Of a DNA stretch of 59,683 bases, positions 11,711 through 20,726 are shown piece by piece. The position numbers and the translations under genes are program-made. The stretch covers positions 1 through 59,683 of the forward strand of contig JAMOVV010000023.1 of assembly GCA_027067385.1 (NCBI GenBank), written 5' to 3'. The notes beneath the pieces were generated by a model. It ran no database searches and was not told the DNA's origin. It saw nothing but the letters and a program-made list of their open reading frames with translations. The stretch comes from Desulfarculaceae bacterium. Its GTDB lineage: Bacteria; Desulfobacterota; Desulfarculia; Desulfarculales; Desulfarculaceae. Position 1 is the first letter of the stretch, and every line of letters starts with the position of its first letter.

Positions 11711-11896
11711 GGCTTCTCCCGGGCCGCGGTGGCGCGGCACGGGAGAGGTTTTTGCAAAAGACCCGCCAGGCAGGTGGCGGATGGGGTCGTTTCTGGTTAG
11801 CTGGTGATATCACGTTGTTGGGGACATGGCCCGGCCGCGGCCGCGGCCGGGGGGCGCAAATTAACCGCTAACGCCCTTGGTGGATGCGGCTAATTT

Positions 11897-12859
11897 TTAG
11901 CTGAAATCATAGTCCGGCCGCTGGCGCATCTGGCTAAGCACCACCACGGTGGCCGCCGCGGCCTTTTGCACCGGCTCGTGGGTATCGGCCAAAAGGGCGG
12001 CGGCGGCCTCCAGGGCCTCGGTGGCGCGCACGTTGGCCAGGGCCTTGAGGCAGGCCTCGCGCACCGCGGCGTCGCGGTCGCCGAGACCCTTACGCAGGGA
12101 ACCCACCACCGCGGCGTCCTTGTGCCGGGTGTTGCCCAGGGCGATGGCCGCCACCCGGCGCACCGCGTCGTCCTGGTCGTCCATCAGGCCGGTGAGGGCC
12201 TCCACCGCCCGCTTGGCCTTGAGGTGGTTCAAGGCGATAACCGCCTCGCGCCGCACCGAGGCCTCGGGATCGCTCAACAGCTTGATCAGCCCGTCCACCG
12301 CCCGCTCTTCGCGCAGGCGGCCCAGGCAGGCGGCCGCGGCGGCGCGCACGGCCGGCTCCTGGTGCTCCAGCAGGGCCAGCATCTCGTCACGCCCGCCGGT
12401 GGATTCCAGGTTGCCCAGCCCGGCCATGGCCGCCTCCATGAGGCTGGCCTGGCCGGAGGCCAGCGCCCCCAACAGGGCATCCTCGGCCACCTGGGGCTGG
12501 ATGCGGTTCAGGGCCACCGCTGCGGCCCGTTTCACCTCGGGGTGGGTCTCGCCATCGGAGGCCGGCGGGGCCGACTTGGTAAGGGCGGCCGCGGCCAGCA
12601 CCTTTTGGCGCAGGTCGGCCTCGCTGGCCTTTAGCAGGCGGCGCAAAAAGGGCACCGCCCCTTGCGAACCTATCTTGCCCAGGGCCTCGGCTGCGGCCGC
12701 CTGGACCTGCCACGCCTGGTGCCCCAAGGCCTTGAGCAGGCCACGTTCGGCCGGGGCCAGCCCCAGCAGGCCGGCCAACATGCAAGCGGCCCGGACTATA
12801 TTGGGGTCTTCCTTATCCAAAGACTCCAGCACTACGGTTTCGAGTTGTTCGGCCATCAC
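11897..12859 (-). CDS. HEAT-repeat (PBS-lyase-like) protein
   Basis: 320 aa made of repeated ~31-aa units of the type D..VR..A..ALG... Confidence 0.75.
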   Translation of the reverse strand: MMAEQLETVVLESLDKEDPNIVRAACMLAGLLGLAPAERGLLKALGHQAWQVQAAAAEALGKIGSQGAVPFLRRLLKASEADLRQKVLAAAALTKSAPPASDGETHPEVKRAAAVALNRIQPQVAEDALLGALASGQASLMEAAMAGLGNLESTGGRDEMLALLEHQEPAVRAAAAACLGRLREERAVDGLIKLLSDPEASVRREAVIALNHLKAKRAVEALTGLMDDQDDAVRRVAAIALGNTRHKDAAVVGSLRKGLGDRDAAVREACLKALANVRATEALEAAAALLADTHEPVQKAAAATVVVLSQMRQRPDYDFS

Positions 12860-12888
12860 GTCCCCAATTCGCAGATGATATTATTTTA

Positions 12889-12918
12889 ATACTACAGTTG
12901 TTTCAGAGCCTTTTTCAA
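12889..12918 (-). promoter_or_regulatory. Candidate sigma70-type promoter for the HEAT-repeat gene
   Basis: The minus strand reads TTGAAA-N18-TAGTAT in a locally AT-rich stretch about 30 nt upstream of the ATG at 12859. Confidence 0.35.
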
Positions 12919-12948
12919 CCGGACCGTGGCGCGACACCGCATAAATGA

Positions 12949-12977
12949 GCGCCGCCGGCCCGTTAGACCGGCGGCGC
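12949..12977 (-). terminator. GC-rich hairpin downstream of the GlcD-HdrD fusion gene
   Basis: gcgccgccgg / ccggcggcgc form a 10-bp stem. On the minus strand the stem is followed by TCATTTAT. A second short hairpin lies at 12993-13010. Confidence 0.5.
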
Positions 12978-13019
12978 GGTTATGGTTGGCTCGCCCGCCT
13001 GGCGGCGGGCCCGGTGGTC

Positions 13020-15611
13020 CTACTTGGCCAGGCGCTTGGCCACCAACTCGGTGATGTCGGCCACCTTGATCTTGCCCAACCCCTCCTTGCGGGCGCGGGC
13101 GGCGGCCTGGTTCAGCGAGTTTTTACACGAGGGGCAGGCGCTCACCACCATGTCAGCCCCCTGGTTGATGGCCGTCACGATGCGCTCCAGGGCGATATCA
13201 GAGCCCAGTTGGTTGGCGTAGGCCTTCACCCCGCCGCCGCCGCCGCAGCACTTGGCCAGGTTGCGGTTCTGGGGGAACTCCAGCAGCTCGACCCCGGGCA
13301 GGGCCTTGATCACGTTGCGCGGCGGCTCGAATATCTGCAGGTGGCGGCCCAGGTCGCAGGGGTCGTGATAGATCACCTTGGTGGCCTTGGCCTTGTCCTT
13401 GAACTTGAGCTTGCCCTCGCCGATGAGGCGTTCCATGGTCTCCACGATATGCTCGGGCCGGTAGCCGTCGTGGTAGCCGTACTCGGGATAGAGGTGGTCG
13501 AAGGTCTTGTGGCAGCCGGCGCAGGTGGTGAGCAGGGTCTTGACCCCGGCCTTTTTAAAGGCCCTCTTGTTCTTGGCGGCCACCTTCTTGAAAGTGGCCA
13601 TGTCGCCCACCAGGTAGGCCAGGTAGCCGCAGCAGTTCTCCTTGGTGCCCTCGGTCTTGAAGGGCACGCCGGCGGCGTCGAGAATCTTCATCACGCTGGG
13701 GATGATCTTGACGTCCTGGTAGGAGGAGGAGCATCCCAGGTGCAGCAGGGTGTCGGCCTTGGGATTGTCGGCGTAGCCCACGGGATAGCTGTCGGTGCGG
13801 GTCTCGCGCGGCAGGGCGTAGGGATTACCCTTGTCGATCATGTCGGACATGAGCTGCTTGAAGGTTTTGGGCAGGCGTCCGGCCTCGGCCACCCGGACGC
13901 GGGCGGCCTGGATCACCTTGGCCACGTCCACCTGGGCCGGGCAGGTGTACTTGCAGTTGAGGCACATCATGCACTGGTACAGGCGGTCGCCCATCTCGGC
14001 GGTGGGCTTGGCCGCGCCGGTGAGCAGGCTGAAGGCCAGGGAGATGCGTCCGCGGGCGTTCATGGTCTCGATGGTGGTCTGGCCGTAGGTGGGGCAGCCC
14101 AGCTTGCAGAAGCCGCACTGGATGCAGGCCACGATCTCGTTATCCACCCCGGTGCCGAAGGAGACCACCTTGTCCGAGCCCTTGCGCAGGGGCTCGAAGC
14201 CGTTTTTGGCGTACACGTCGCGGATGGAACCCTTGAGCCCCTCCTTGCCGGGGTTGAGGATGTTCTTGGGGTCCAGGGCGTCCTTGATCGACTGCATCAC
14301 CGCGATGCCGGCCTGGCCCAACTCGGTCTTGAGGTAGGGGCTCTTGGCCATGCCCACCCCGTGCTCGGCGCTCATGGTGCCTTCCATGGCGGCGGTGACC
14401 TCCACCAGTTCCAGGGCGATCTTCTTCACCGCCTCCCACTCCTTGGCCTTCTTCACGTCCATGATGAAGGTGGCGTGCAGGTTGCCGTCGCCGATATGGC
14501 CGAAGGTGGCGATGGGGAAGCCGTACTTTTCGCCGATGGCCTGGATCTCCTTGATGGTCTGGGGAATCTTGGTCATGGGCACCCCGAAGTCCTCCATCAA
14601 GGGCACCAGGCGGTAGCCCGGCTTGAGCCGGCTCATGGCCGGCACCAGCTTGTGGCGGGCCTCCCACAGGGGGGCCTTCTCGGCCTCGTCGTCGGTCCAG
14701 TTGTGCGAAAGCACGCCGTGGGACTCGGCGATTTTATTCACCTGCTCGACGTTGTCCATCACCGCCGCCTTGTGGCCGTCGATCTCCATCATGATCATGC
14801 AGCCGATGTTCGCCGGCAGGTCCAGGCCGATGCTCTTGCGCAGCACCTCGATGGAGACGTTGTCCAGTATCTCGCAGGTGGCGATGGGGATGCCGCTGGT
14901 GAGCATCTCGGTAACCGCTTGGCCGGCGCTGTCGATGTCGGGGAAGTCCAGGCGGGCGCTGATGGCGTACGGCGGGGTGGGGATGATCTTCACCGTGGCC
15001 TCGGTCACCACGCCCAGGGTGCCCTCGGAGCAGCTAAACAGGTGGGTGAGATCGTAACCGCTGGAGGTCTTGGGCGCGGCCGAGCCGGTCTTGACCACGG
15101 TGCCGTCGGCCAGCACCACGGTGAGCCCCATGACGAAGTCCTTGGTGGTGCCGTACTTGATGGCCCGGATGCCGCTGGCGTTGGTGTTGATCATGCCGCC
15201 GATGGTGGCGATAGCCGCCGAGCCGGGGTCGGGCGGGAAGAAGTAGTTGTCCTTGGCCAGGGCGCCGTTGAGCGCGGCGCAGACCACGCCGGGCTCCACC
15301 CGGGCGTAGTGGTCGGCCAGGTTGACCTCCAACACCCGGTTCATGCGCACCAGGTTGAGGATGATGCCGCCCTTGGCGGCCAGGGCCGCGCCGGTAACCG
15401 AGGTGCCGCCGCCGCGGGGGGTGACCGGCACGCCCGCCCGGTGGCAGGTCTCCATGATTTGGGACACCTGCTCGGTGGTCTCGGCAAAGACCACCGCCTT
15501 GGGTATCGCCATGTGTACCGACATGTCGCGCGAATAGCCCAGGCAGTCGGTCCGGCTGGTCAGTACGTTTTCGGCCCCTACGATCTTCGCCAGTTTGGCC
15601 GCGATTTCCAT
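13020..15611 (-). CDS. Fusion protein: FAD-linked (GlcD-type) 2-hydroxyacid dehydrogenase + 2x[4Fe-4S] + two CCG (HdrD/GlpC-like) domains
   Basis: 863 aa. N-terminal FAD-binding PVTPRGGGTSVTG. Middle CIQCGFCKLGCP and CMMCLNCKYTCP. C-terminal CCGY..., PCDLGRH, CCGGGGG, ACPSCK. Confidence 0.9.
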   Translation of the reverse strand: MEIAAKLAKIVGAENVLTSRTDCLGYSRDMSVHMAIPKAVVFAETTEQVSQIMETCHRAGVPVTPRGGGTSVTGAALAAKGGIILNLVRMNRVLEVNLADHYARVEPGVVCAALNGALAKDNYFFPPDPGSAAIATIGGMINTNASGIRAIKYGTTKDFVMGLTVVLADGTVVKTGSAAPKTSSGYDLTHLFSCSEGTLGVVTEATVKIIPTPPYAISARLDFPDIDSAGQAVTEMLTSGIPIATCEILDNVSIEVLRKSIGLDLPANIGCMIMMEIDGHKAAVMDNVEQVNKIAESHGVLSHNWTDDEAEKAPLWEARHKLVPAMSRLKPGYRLVPLMEDFGVPMTKIPQTIKEIQAIGEKYGFPIATFGHIGDGNLHATFIMDVKKAKEWEAVKKIALELVEVTAAMEGTMSAEHGVGMAKSPYLKTELGQAGIAVMQSIKDALDPKNILNPGKEGLKGSIRDVYAKNGFEPLRKGSDKVVSFGTGVDNEIVACIQCGFCKLGCPTYGQTTIETMNARGRISLAFSLLTGAAKPTAEMGDRLYQCMMCLNCKYTCPAQVDVAKVIQAARVRVAEAGRLPKTFKQLMSDMIDKGNPYALPRETRTDSYPVGYADNPKADTLLHLGCSSSYQDVKIIPSVMKILDAAGVPFKTEGTKENCCGYLAYLVGDMATFKKVAAKNKRAFKKAGVKTLLTTCAGCHKTFDHLYPEYGYHDGYRPEHIVETMERLIGEGKLKFKDKAKATKVIYHDPCDLGRHLQIFEPPRNVIKALPGVELLEFPQNRNLAKCCGGGGGVKAYANQLGSDIALERIVTAINQGADMVVSACPSCKNSLNQAAARARKEGLGKIKVADITELVAKRLAK

Positions 15612-15781
15612 GACGGTTCCTCCCGGGGCGACCCCGCCGGGCGGCCCCTAAAACACCGGGGAGAGGCCGATGGACCCCTCCCCGTGAATATTCTACTGAC
15701 CACGCCGGGTAAAGGTGCGGGGCGCGCGGCCCCACCCTCCCGGCGTGCAATATCGATAATAAGCAAGCACCATGGCCGGCC

Positions 15782-16201
15782 TTACTTGTCCATCTTCTCG
15801 ATCTCGGCGCTCACCCATTTCTTGTAGGCGTCGCCCTGCATCAGGTTGCCCAGCTCGGCGTCCAGGTCGCTGGGCTCGATCTTGGCGATCCAGCCCTTGC
15901 CGTAGCAGTCCTGGTTGATCAGCTCGGGCTCGTCCTCCAAGTCCTCGTTGCCCTCGGCGATCTCCCCGGAGACCACGGCGTAGACCCGGCCCACCCACTT
16001 GCCGCTCTCGATGGAGCCGAAGGGTTTGCCCTGGGTAACCTCGTCCTCTTCCTCGGGCACGTCCACGAAGGTGATCTCGCCGGCCAACTTCTGGGTCAGG
16101 TCGGTGGTGCCCATGATCACCAGGTCACCGTCCACCTTGGCCCAAAAATGGTTTTGATCGTAATAGAGGTCGTCGGGGAAGTTATAGCCTTTAACCTTCA
16201 T
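15782..16201 (-). CDS. GcvH-like lipoyl-carrier protein
   Basis: 139 aa. Sequence YYDQNHFWAKVDGDLVIMGTTDLTQKLAGEITFVDVP...SIESGKWVGRVYAVVSGEI aligns with the H-protein lipoyl-lysine region ESVKAASDIYAPVSGEI. Confidence 0.85.
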   Translation of the reverse strand: MKVKGYNFPDDLYYDQNHFWAKVDGDLVIMGTTDLTQKLAGEITFVDVPEEEDEVTQGKPFGSIESGKWVGRVYAVVSGEIAEGNEDLEDEPELINQDCYGKGWIAKIEPSDLDAELGNLMQGDAYKKWVSAEIEKMDK

Positions 16202-16309
16202 GGGTGTATTCCTCCAGCCCTTGCGTGGGTGTTTTACATTTCCGGGGCCGGCCGTCGCCGGCGGCCGCTGTCCGTACTCCTAATATTTTATCACGCCGCC
16301 GCGCGGCGG

Positions 16310-17182
16310 TTACTTAAAGGCTTTCACCAGGTCCTTGGGCTTGATCCGGTTCAGCTTGAAGCCCAGTTCCTTGGGCTTGAAGCCCAGGGCCAGCCCCAGC
16401 ACCTGGGTGACGTAGACCACCGGCACCTTGAGCTCGGTCGCCAGCTTCTTGGCGATGGTCTTTTGCTGGCCCTCGTACATCACGTTGCAAAAGGGACACA
16501 GCAGGGCCAGGGCGGTCACCTCCCGCGCCGCCAGGTCCACCAGCTTGGTGCCGGCCATGCGACCGGCCAGCCGCTCGTCGGCCCCCAGCACGCCGCCGCC
16601 GCAGCACTCCTTCATAGAGTCGTAGGCCACCGCCTCGGCCCCGGTGAGCTCGATGAGCCGGGCCAGGCTGGTGGGGTCCTCGGGGTCGTCCAGGCCGCCG
16701 AGCACTTGGCTGGGCTTGAGGTAGTGGCAACCGTAGTGGGGCGCAAAGCTGAATCCCTCCAGGCTGCGGGTGAGCTTTTTCTTAATGGCCGCCTCGCCCA
16801 CGTCTTCGAGCAAAAAGCGCACCAGGTGCTTCACCCGCACCCCCGGCCGGTAGGCCAGCCCCAGGGGGGCCAGCTCGCGGTTGACCCGCCGGCGGGCCGC
16901 GGCGTCGTGGTCCAGGTGGTGGGCCGCCTCGGCCAGGGTGCCGGTGCAGGCCGAGCACAGCGGGGTGAGGGTGAGCCCGCCCTCGCCGGCCTGGGCCAGG
17001 GCGCGGGCCGCGATGACCAGGGCGGCCGCCTGGTCGGTGGCCTTGAGCGGGAAGCCGCAGCAGCCGGCCTCGGTCAGGTCGCGGAGCTTCACCCCCAGGG
17101 CCGCGGCCACCTTGCGGGCCGATAGTTCGTAGTTCAGGTTGCGCACCGGCACGGTGCATCCCAGGTACAGCAGCGCCTCCAT
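16310..17182 (-). CDS. hdrB: Heterodisulfide reductase subunit B-like (two CCG domains)
   Basis: True start is MEALLYLGCTVP at 17182 (the ORF track extends further upstream). Motifs: CCGFP, CSACTG, CCGGG, CPFC. One-nt overlap with the hdrC stop. Confidence 0.85.
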   Translation of the reverse strand: MEALLYLGCTVPVRNLNYELSARKVAAALGVKLRDLTEAGCCGFPLKATDQAAALVIAARALAQAGEGGLTLTPLCSACTGTLAEAAHHLDHDAAARRRVNRELAPLGLAYRPGVRVKHLVRFLLEDVGEAAIKKKLTRSLEGFSFAPHYGCHYLKPSQVLGGLDDPEDPTSLARLIELTGAEAVAYDSMKECCGGGVLGADERLAGRMAGTKLVDLAAREVTALALLCPFCNVMYEGQQKTIAKKLATELKVPVVYVTQVLGLALGFKPKELGFKLNRIKPKDLVKAFK

Positions 17183-17664
17183 CAGCTCTTCCCCCCGGCT
17201 GGCTCGACTCCCAACACTTTCTGGAAGTGGGCCGGGGCCTCCGCCACCTCGGGCAGCCCCAGGTCGGTCCGCCGCTGGTTCTCGAACTCGCCCACCTCCA
17301 GCAGCCGGCCGTGGGCGGCCAGTTGGTCGATGACGGCCTCGGTGGCCGGCGGGCCGTAGCCGGCGCGGGCCGCGATATTCTTGATGGCTGTGAGCACCTC
17401 GGTGAAAGACACCTGCTGGGGGCAGACCTCCTGGCAGGAGTAGCAGGTGGAGCACAGCCAGATCAGGGGGCTGGCCAGCACTTCTTCCCGCCGGCCCAGC
17501 AGGACCAGCCGGATGAGGCGCCGGGGGTCGTAGCCTTCCACGTGGCCAGCCACCGGGCAGCGGGCGGTGCAGGCGGCGCAGGCGAAACAGGCCTTGATGC
17601 CCTGGCCGCCGGGCTCGGCGGCCACCTGGTGCTTAAAGCCGGGATCACAGTCGTTGAGCAGCAT
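17182..17664 (-). CDS. hdrC: Heterodisulfide reductase subunit C-like (2x[4Fe-4S])
   Basis: 160 aa with CFACAACTARCP and CSTCYSCQEVCP. Confidence 0.85.
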   Translation of the reverse strand: MLLNDCDPGFKHQVAAEPGGQGIKACFACAACTARCPVAGHVEGYDPRRLIRLVLLGRREEVLASPLIWLCSTCYSCQEVCPQQVSFTEVLTAIKNIAARAGYGPPATEAVIDQLAAHGRLLEVGEFENQRRTDLGLPEVAEAPAHFQKVLGVEPAGGKS

Positions 17665-17666
17665 GT

Positions 17667-19523
17667 CTATTTCTCCCCGGCCGTTTGGGCCAGCTCGGCC
17701 ACCGCCTGGGCCAGGGCCCGGGGTTGATTGGATGCCAGGTGCATAAAGCGCACCTGCTCGGGCCGGCCGCCCACCTGGGCCAGCAGATCAGCCGCCTCGC
17801 CGGAGCGCAGCTTGGCCCGCAGGTTGCCGTTTAACGAGCGGCAGTTGCCCTGGTGGCAGCCGGCCACCAGCACTCCGCCGGCTCCCAAAGACAGGGCCCG
17901 CAGGATTAGCTGGACGCCCACCCGGCCGGCGCAGTTGACCGGCACCATCAAGAGCCCCTTGGGCCACTGGTGCCCGGCCAGGCTCAGGGCGCGGGCCGCG
18001 TCCATGCCGGAGTTGCGGCAGGCAAACAGCACCAGCTTGTCGCCGGCGGCCGCCTTGAGCCCGGCGGCCAGGGACGCGATCATCTCGCGGTTGGACCAGC
18101 CCGGCGGGGCGATGGCCTCGGCCGGGCACTCGGCGGTGCACACCCCGCAGGCCAGGCAGGCGGCCGGGGCGGGGGCGATGTGGTCCTCGGCGTAGCACAC
18201 CACGCCGTGGGGACAGACCCGCACGCAGGTGAGGCAGGAGGCGCATAACACGTCGCGCACCGCCGGCACCGCCACCGCCTCGCCCGAAAGCAGGCCGTGC
18301 AGGTCGGCCGCCGCGGCCGCGGCCTGGGCCCGGCGCGGGTCGCCCGGGGCGGCGCCGCGCGCCCCGCCGATGAGATAGAGCCCGCTGCGGGCGGTGCGGC
18401 CGGCCTGCAGGCGGGGATGGTCGGGCAGGTCCTGGTCCCAGGCCGTGGTGACCAGGGGGTTGTCCAGCCAGGCCGGGGCCCGGCCGGTAACCTCCTCGCT
18501 AAGCACCACCAAGTCGGGCCGCAGGTCCACCGGCTCGCCGAGCACCGGGTCGTCGAAAGACAGCTTGCGGCCGTCGCGGCTCACCCGCAGCCCGCCGGGC
18601 TCCACCCGCATGGCCAGCACCCCCTGGCGCCGGGCGTCGCGGTAGAGCCGCTCGCCGCCCTCGGAGGCCACCTTGGCCTCGCCCAGGAACAGGGTGACCT
18701 GCACCCGGGGCCGCTTTTGCAGGGCCAGGGCCGCGGTCACCGCCCGGGCAAAGCCGTGGGCCGTGGCCCCGGGGCCCAGGGGCGCGATCACCGCCGCTTG
18801 CAACCACTGTTCGCCGCCTTGGTACTGCTTGGGCTTAAGCCGGCTCACCGGCAGGGTGATGTCTTCGGCCGTGGCCGGCATGTCGCCGGGCACCGCGTAG
18901 GCGCTGGGCGGGGCCAGCACCACCGCCCCGAAGCGCCGCCGGCTGGTGCGGCGCGGACCCTGCAGCCGGGCCTGGAAGTCGCCGCCGGCCCCGAGCAACT
19001 CCACCAGCTCGGTGCCGGTGACCACCTCCACCTGGGCCGGCAGCCCGGCCAGGGCCCGTTTCACCTCGGCCGGTTTCTCGTCGGCGCAGGCGGCCCGGGC
19101 CCGGGTGGTCTCCAGGGCCAGCAGCACCGGGTGGCCCAGGGCGGCGGCCTGGTGGGCCGCGGCCACGGCGGCCAGGCCGCGGCCGGCCACCAACACCTCT
19201 TGGTTGGGCTGGCGGGTGTAGCGCTGGGCCATGGTGCCCAGGGCGGCCGAGCCGGCCGCGCGGGCCACCGCGGCCGCGGCCCGGGCCTGGCGCAGGGCCA
19301 GGGGACCGCCGCCCACCTCGGCGGCCAGGTCCAACCACTTCACCGGGTAGCCCTTGAGCCGGTTGACCAGGCTGCGGGGGGCCCGCGCCTCGGTGGTGGT
19401 CACCACCGCCGCCTCCACCAGCCCGCCGTCAGACAGCGCCACCCCGGCCTTCTTGGCCGCCTTGGCCGGGTCCAGCCCCTCCAGCCCCGCTTCCTCGATC
19501 CAGATGAGGCTCACCTCAGGCAT
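17667..19523 (-). CDS. HdrA/QmoB-like oxidoreductase with 2x[4Fe-4S] and a C-terminal MvhD domain
   Basis: 618 aa. Dinucleotide fold VLVAGRGLAAVAAA. CASCLTCVRVCP and CLACGVCTAECP. MvhD-like FACRNSG...VNCAGRV...AGCHQGNC. Confidence 0.8.
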   Translation of the reverse strand: MPEVSLIWIEEAGLEGLDPAKAAKKAGVALSDGGLVEAAVVTTTEARAPRSLVNRLKGYPVKWLDLAAEVGGGPLALRQARAAAAVARAAGSAALGTMAQRYTRQPNQEVLVAGRGLAAVAAAHQAAALGHPVLLALETTRARAACADEKPAEVKRALAGLPAQVEVVTGTELVELLGAGGDFQARLQGPRRTSRRRFGAVVLAPPSAYAVPGDMPATAEDITLPVSRLKPKQYQGGEQWLQAAVIAPLGPGATAHGFARAVTAALALQKRPRVQVTLFLGEAKVASEGGERLYRDARRQGVLAMRVEPGGLRVSRDGRKLSFDDPVLGEPVDLRPDLVVLSEEVTGRAPAWLDNPLVTTAWDQDLPDHPRLQAGRTARSGLYLIGGARGAAPGDPRRAQAAAAAADLHGLLSGEAVAVPAVRDVLCASCLTCVRVCPHGVVCYAEDHIAPAPAACLACGVCTAECPAEAIAPPGWSNREMIASLAAGLKAAAGDKLVLFACRNSGMDAARALSLAGHQWPKGLLMVPVNCAGRVGVQLILRALSLGAGGVLVAGCHQGNCRSLNGNLRAKLRSGEAADLLAQVGGRPEQVRFMHLASNQPRALAQAVAELAQTAGEK

Positions 19524-20616
19524 GGGCCGCCTCCCGAACCAGGGGCTGGAGATGCCCGGCGGCCGCAGCCGCGGCCACCGCCCCGTGCTCTATGGACTCC
19601 ACGATGGACATGGGCCCCCGGGCCGAGCCGGCGATGAAGACACCGGCCGCCCCACTGGCCACCGGCTCGGCGTCGGAGCCCAAAAATCCGTCGCTGGTGC
19701 GGGTGCAGGCAAAGAGCTGGCTCAGGGCCGCCGCGCCCACCGGCGGACGCATCCCTTGGCTCAGCACCACCAGGTCGAACTCGGCGGTCTGGCTGCGGCC
19801 GCCGGCGGCGTAGACCACCTGGGGTCCGCCCGGGCCGGCGGTCACCTCGCCGGGCATGGCCCGCACAAAGTTCATTTGCTCTCGCATCTCCGCCAGCTCC
19901 CCGGCCCAGGCGCGGCCGTAGGTCTGCACGTCCATGTGGAAGAAGGTTATCTCGGTCCCGGGCCGGCGGGCCTGGATCACCCGGGCCATGCGCAGGGCGA
20001 ACCCGCAGCACACCCGGCTGCAATATAGATGACCCAGGGACTCGTCGCGGCTGCCCACGCACTGGATAAAGGCCACCCGCCGCGGGTCGCGCCCCCCGGC
20101 CAACTCGGCCAGGGAGTGCTCCAGGGCGCCCTCCAGCTCCAGGGCGCTCACCACGCCGGGCACCCGGCGATAGCCGAAACGACTCTTGGCCGAGGGGTCA
20201 AACGGCGTGGCCCCCACCGCCAGGATCACCGCCCCGGCCTGGACCTGGCTGCGCCGCGGCAGCGGCCCACCGGCCAGCTCCACCACCGGGGCCGGTCCGT
20301 TGTTGCGCTGGGGCTCCAGGGTGAGCCGCCAGCCATCGCCATCGGCCTCGGCGGCCACCGGCTTGGCCGAGGTGTAAATCGCTATCTCCGGCCGGGCGGC
20401 AACCCGGCGTACCAGGTCGGCCAAACGGCAGGCCCCGCAGCGGACGCAAGAGTCGGTCGCCTTGCAGCAGAAATCGGCCACCCGGCCCCCTAAACGGGGG
20501 CCGCGCTCCACCACCAGCGAGGATAGCCCCCGCCGGGACAGATCGATGGCCGCCGCCAGCCCAGCCACGCCGCCCCCGATGATGACGGCTGGCGTTTTAA
20601 TTGTCTTAACAGCCAC
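19516..20616 (-). CDS. HdrA/QmoA-like FAD-dependent subunit
   Basis: 366 aa with VIIGGGVAGLAAA and the HdrA signature CVGSRDESLGHLYCSRVCC. An 8-nt overlap (ATGCCTGA) with the next gene. Confidence 0.85.
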   Translation of the reverse strand: MAVKTIKTPAVIIGGGVAGLAAAIDLSRRGLSSLVVERGPRLGGRVADFCCKATDSCVRCGACRLADLVRRVAARPEIAIYTSAKPVAAEADGDGWRLTLEPQRNNGPAPVVELAGGPLPRRSQVQAGAVILAVGATPFDPSAKSRFGYRRVPGVVSALELEGALEHSLAELAGGRDPRRVAFIQCVGSRDESLGHLYCSRVCCGFALRMARVIQARRPGTEITFFHMDVQTYGRAWAGELAEMREQMNFVRAMPGEVTAGPGGPQVVYAAGGRSQTAEFDLVVLSQGMRPPVGAAALSQLFACTRTSDGFLGSDAEPVASGAAGVFIAGSARGPMSIVESIEHGAVAAAAAAGHLQPLVREAAHA

Positions 20617-20726
20617 TTAAATTGTCTCCCCACCCAACACAACAGCAGGGCGGCGCCTGGTGTTTCATGCCTGCCCCCACCCGCGGCAACCCCTGGCGCA
20701 GGGGGTCCCATCCGGGACTTTTCAGC

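Noticed and set aside
11225-11800. 191-aa plus-strand ORF spanning the repeats.
   Set aside because: The two repeat units are read in different frames (76-nt period). The composition is Arg/Gly/Pro-rich. It overlaps a minus-strand ORF that has a proper RBS, a signal peptide and a TM helix.
19516-19523. Possible frameshift, pseudogene or selenocysteine read-through splitting an hdrA gene.
   Set aside because: The junction is a clean ATGCCTGA start/stop overlap in different frames. Both ORFs are full-length with intact cofactor motifs. There is no in-frame TGA to recode.
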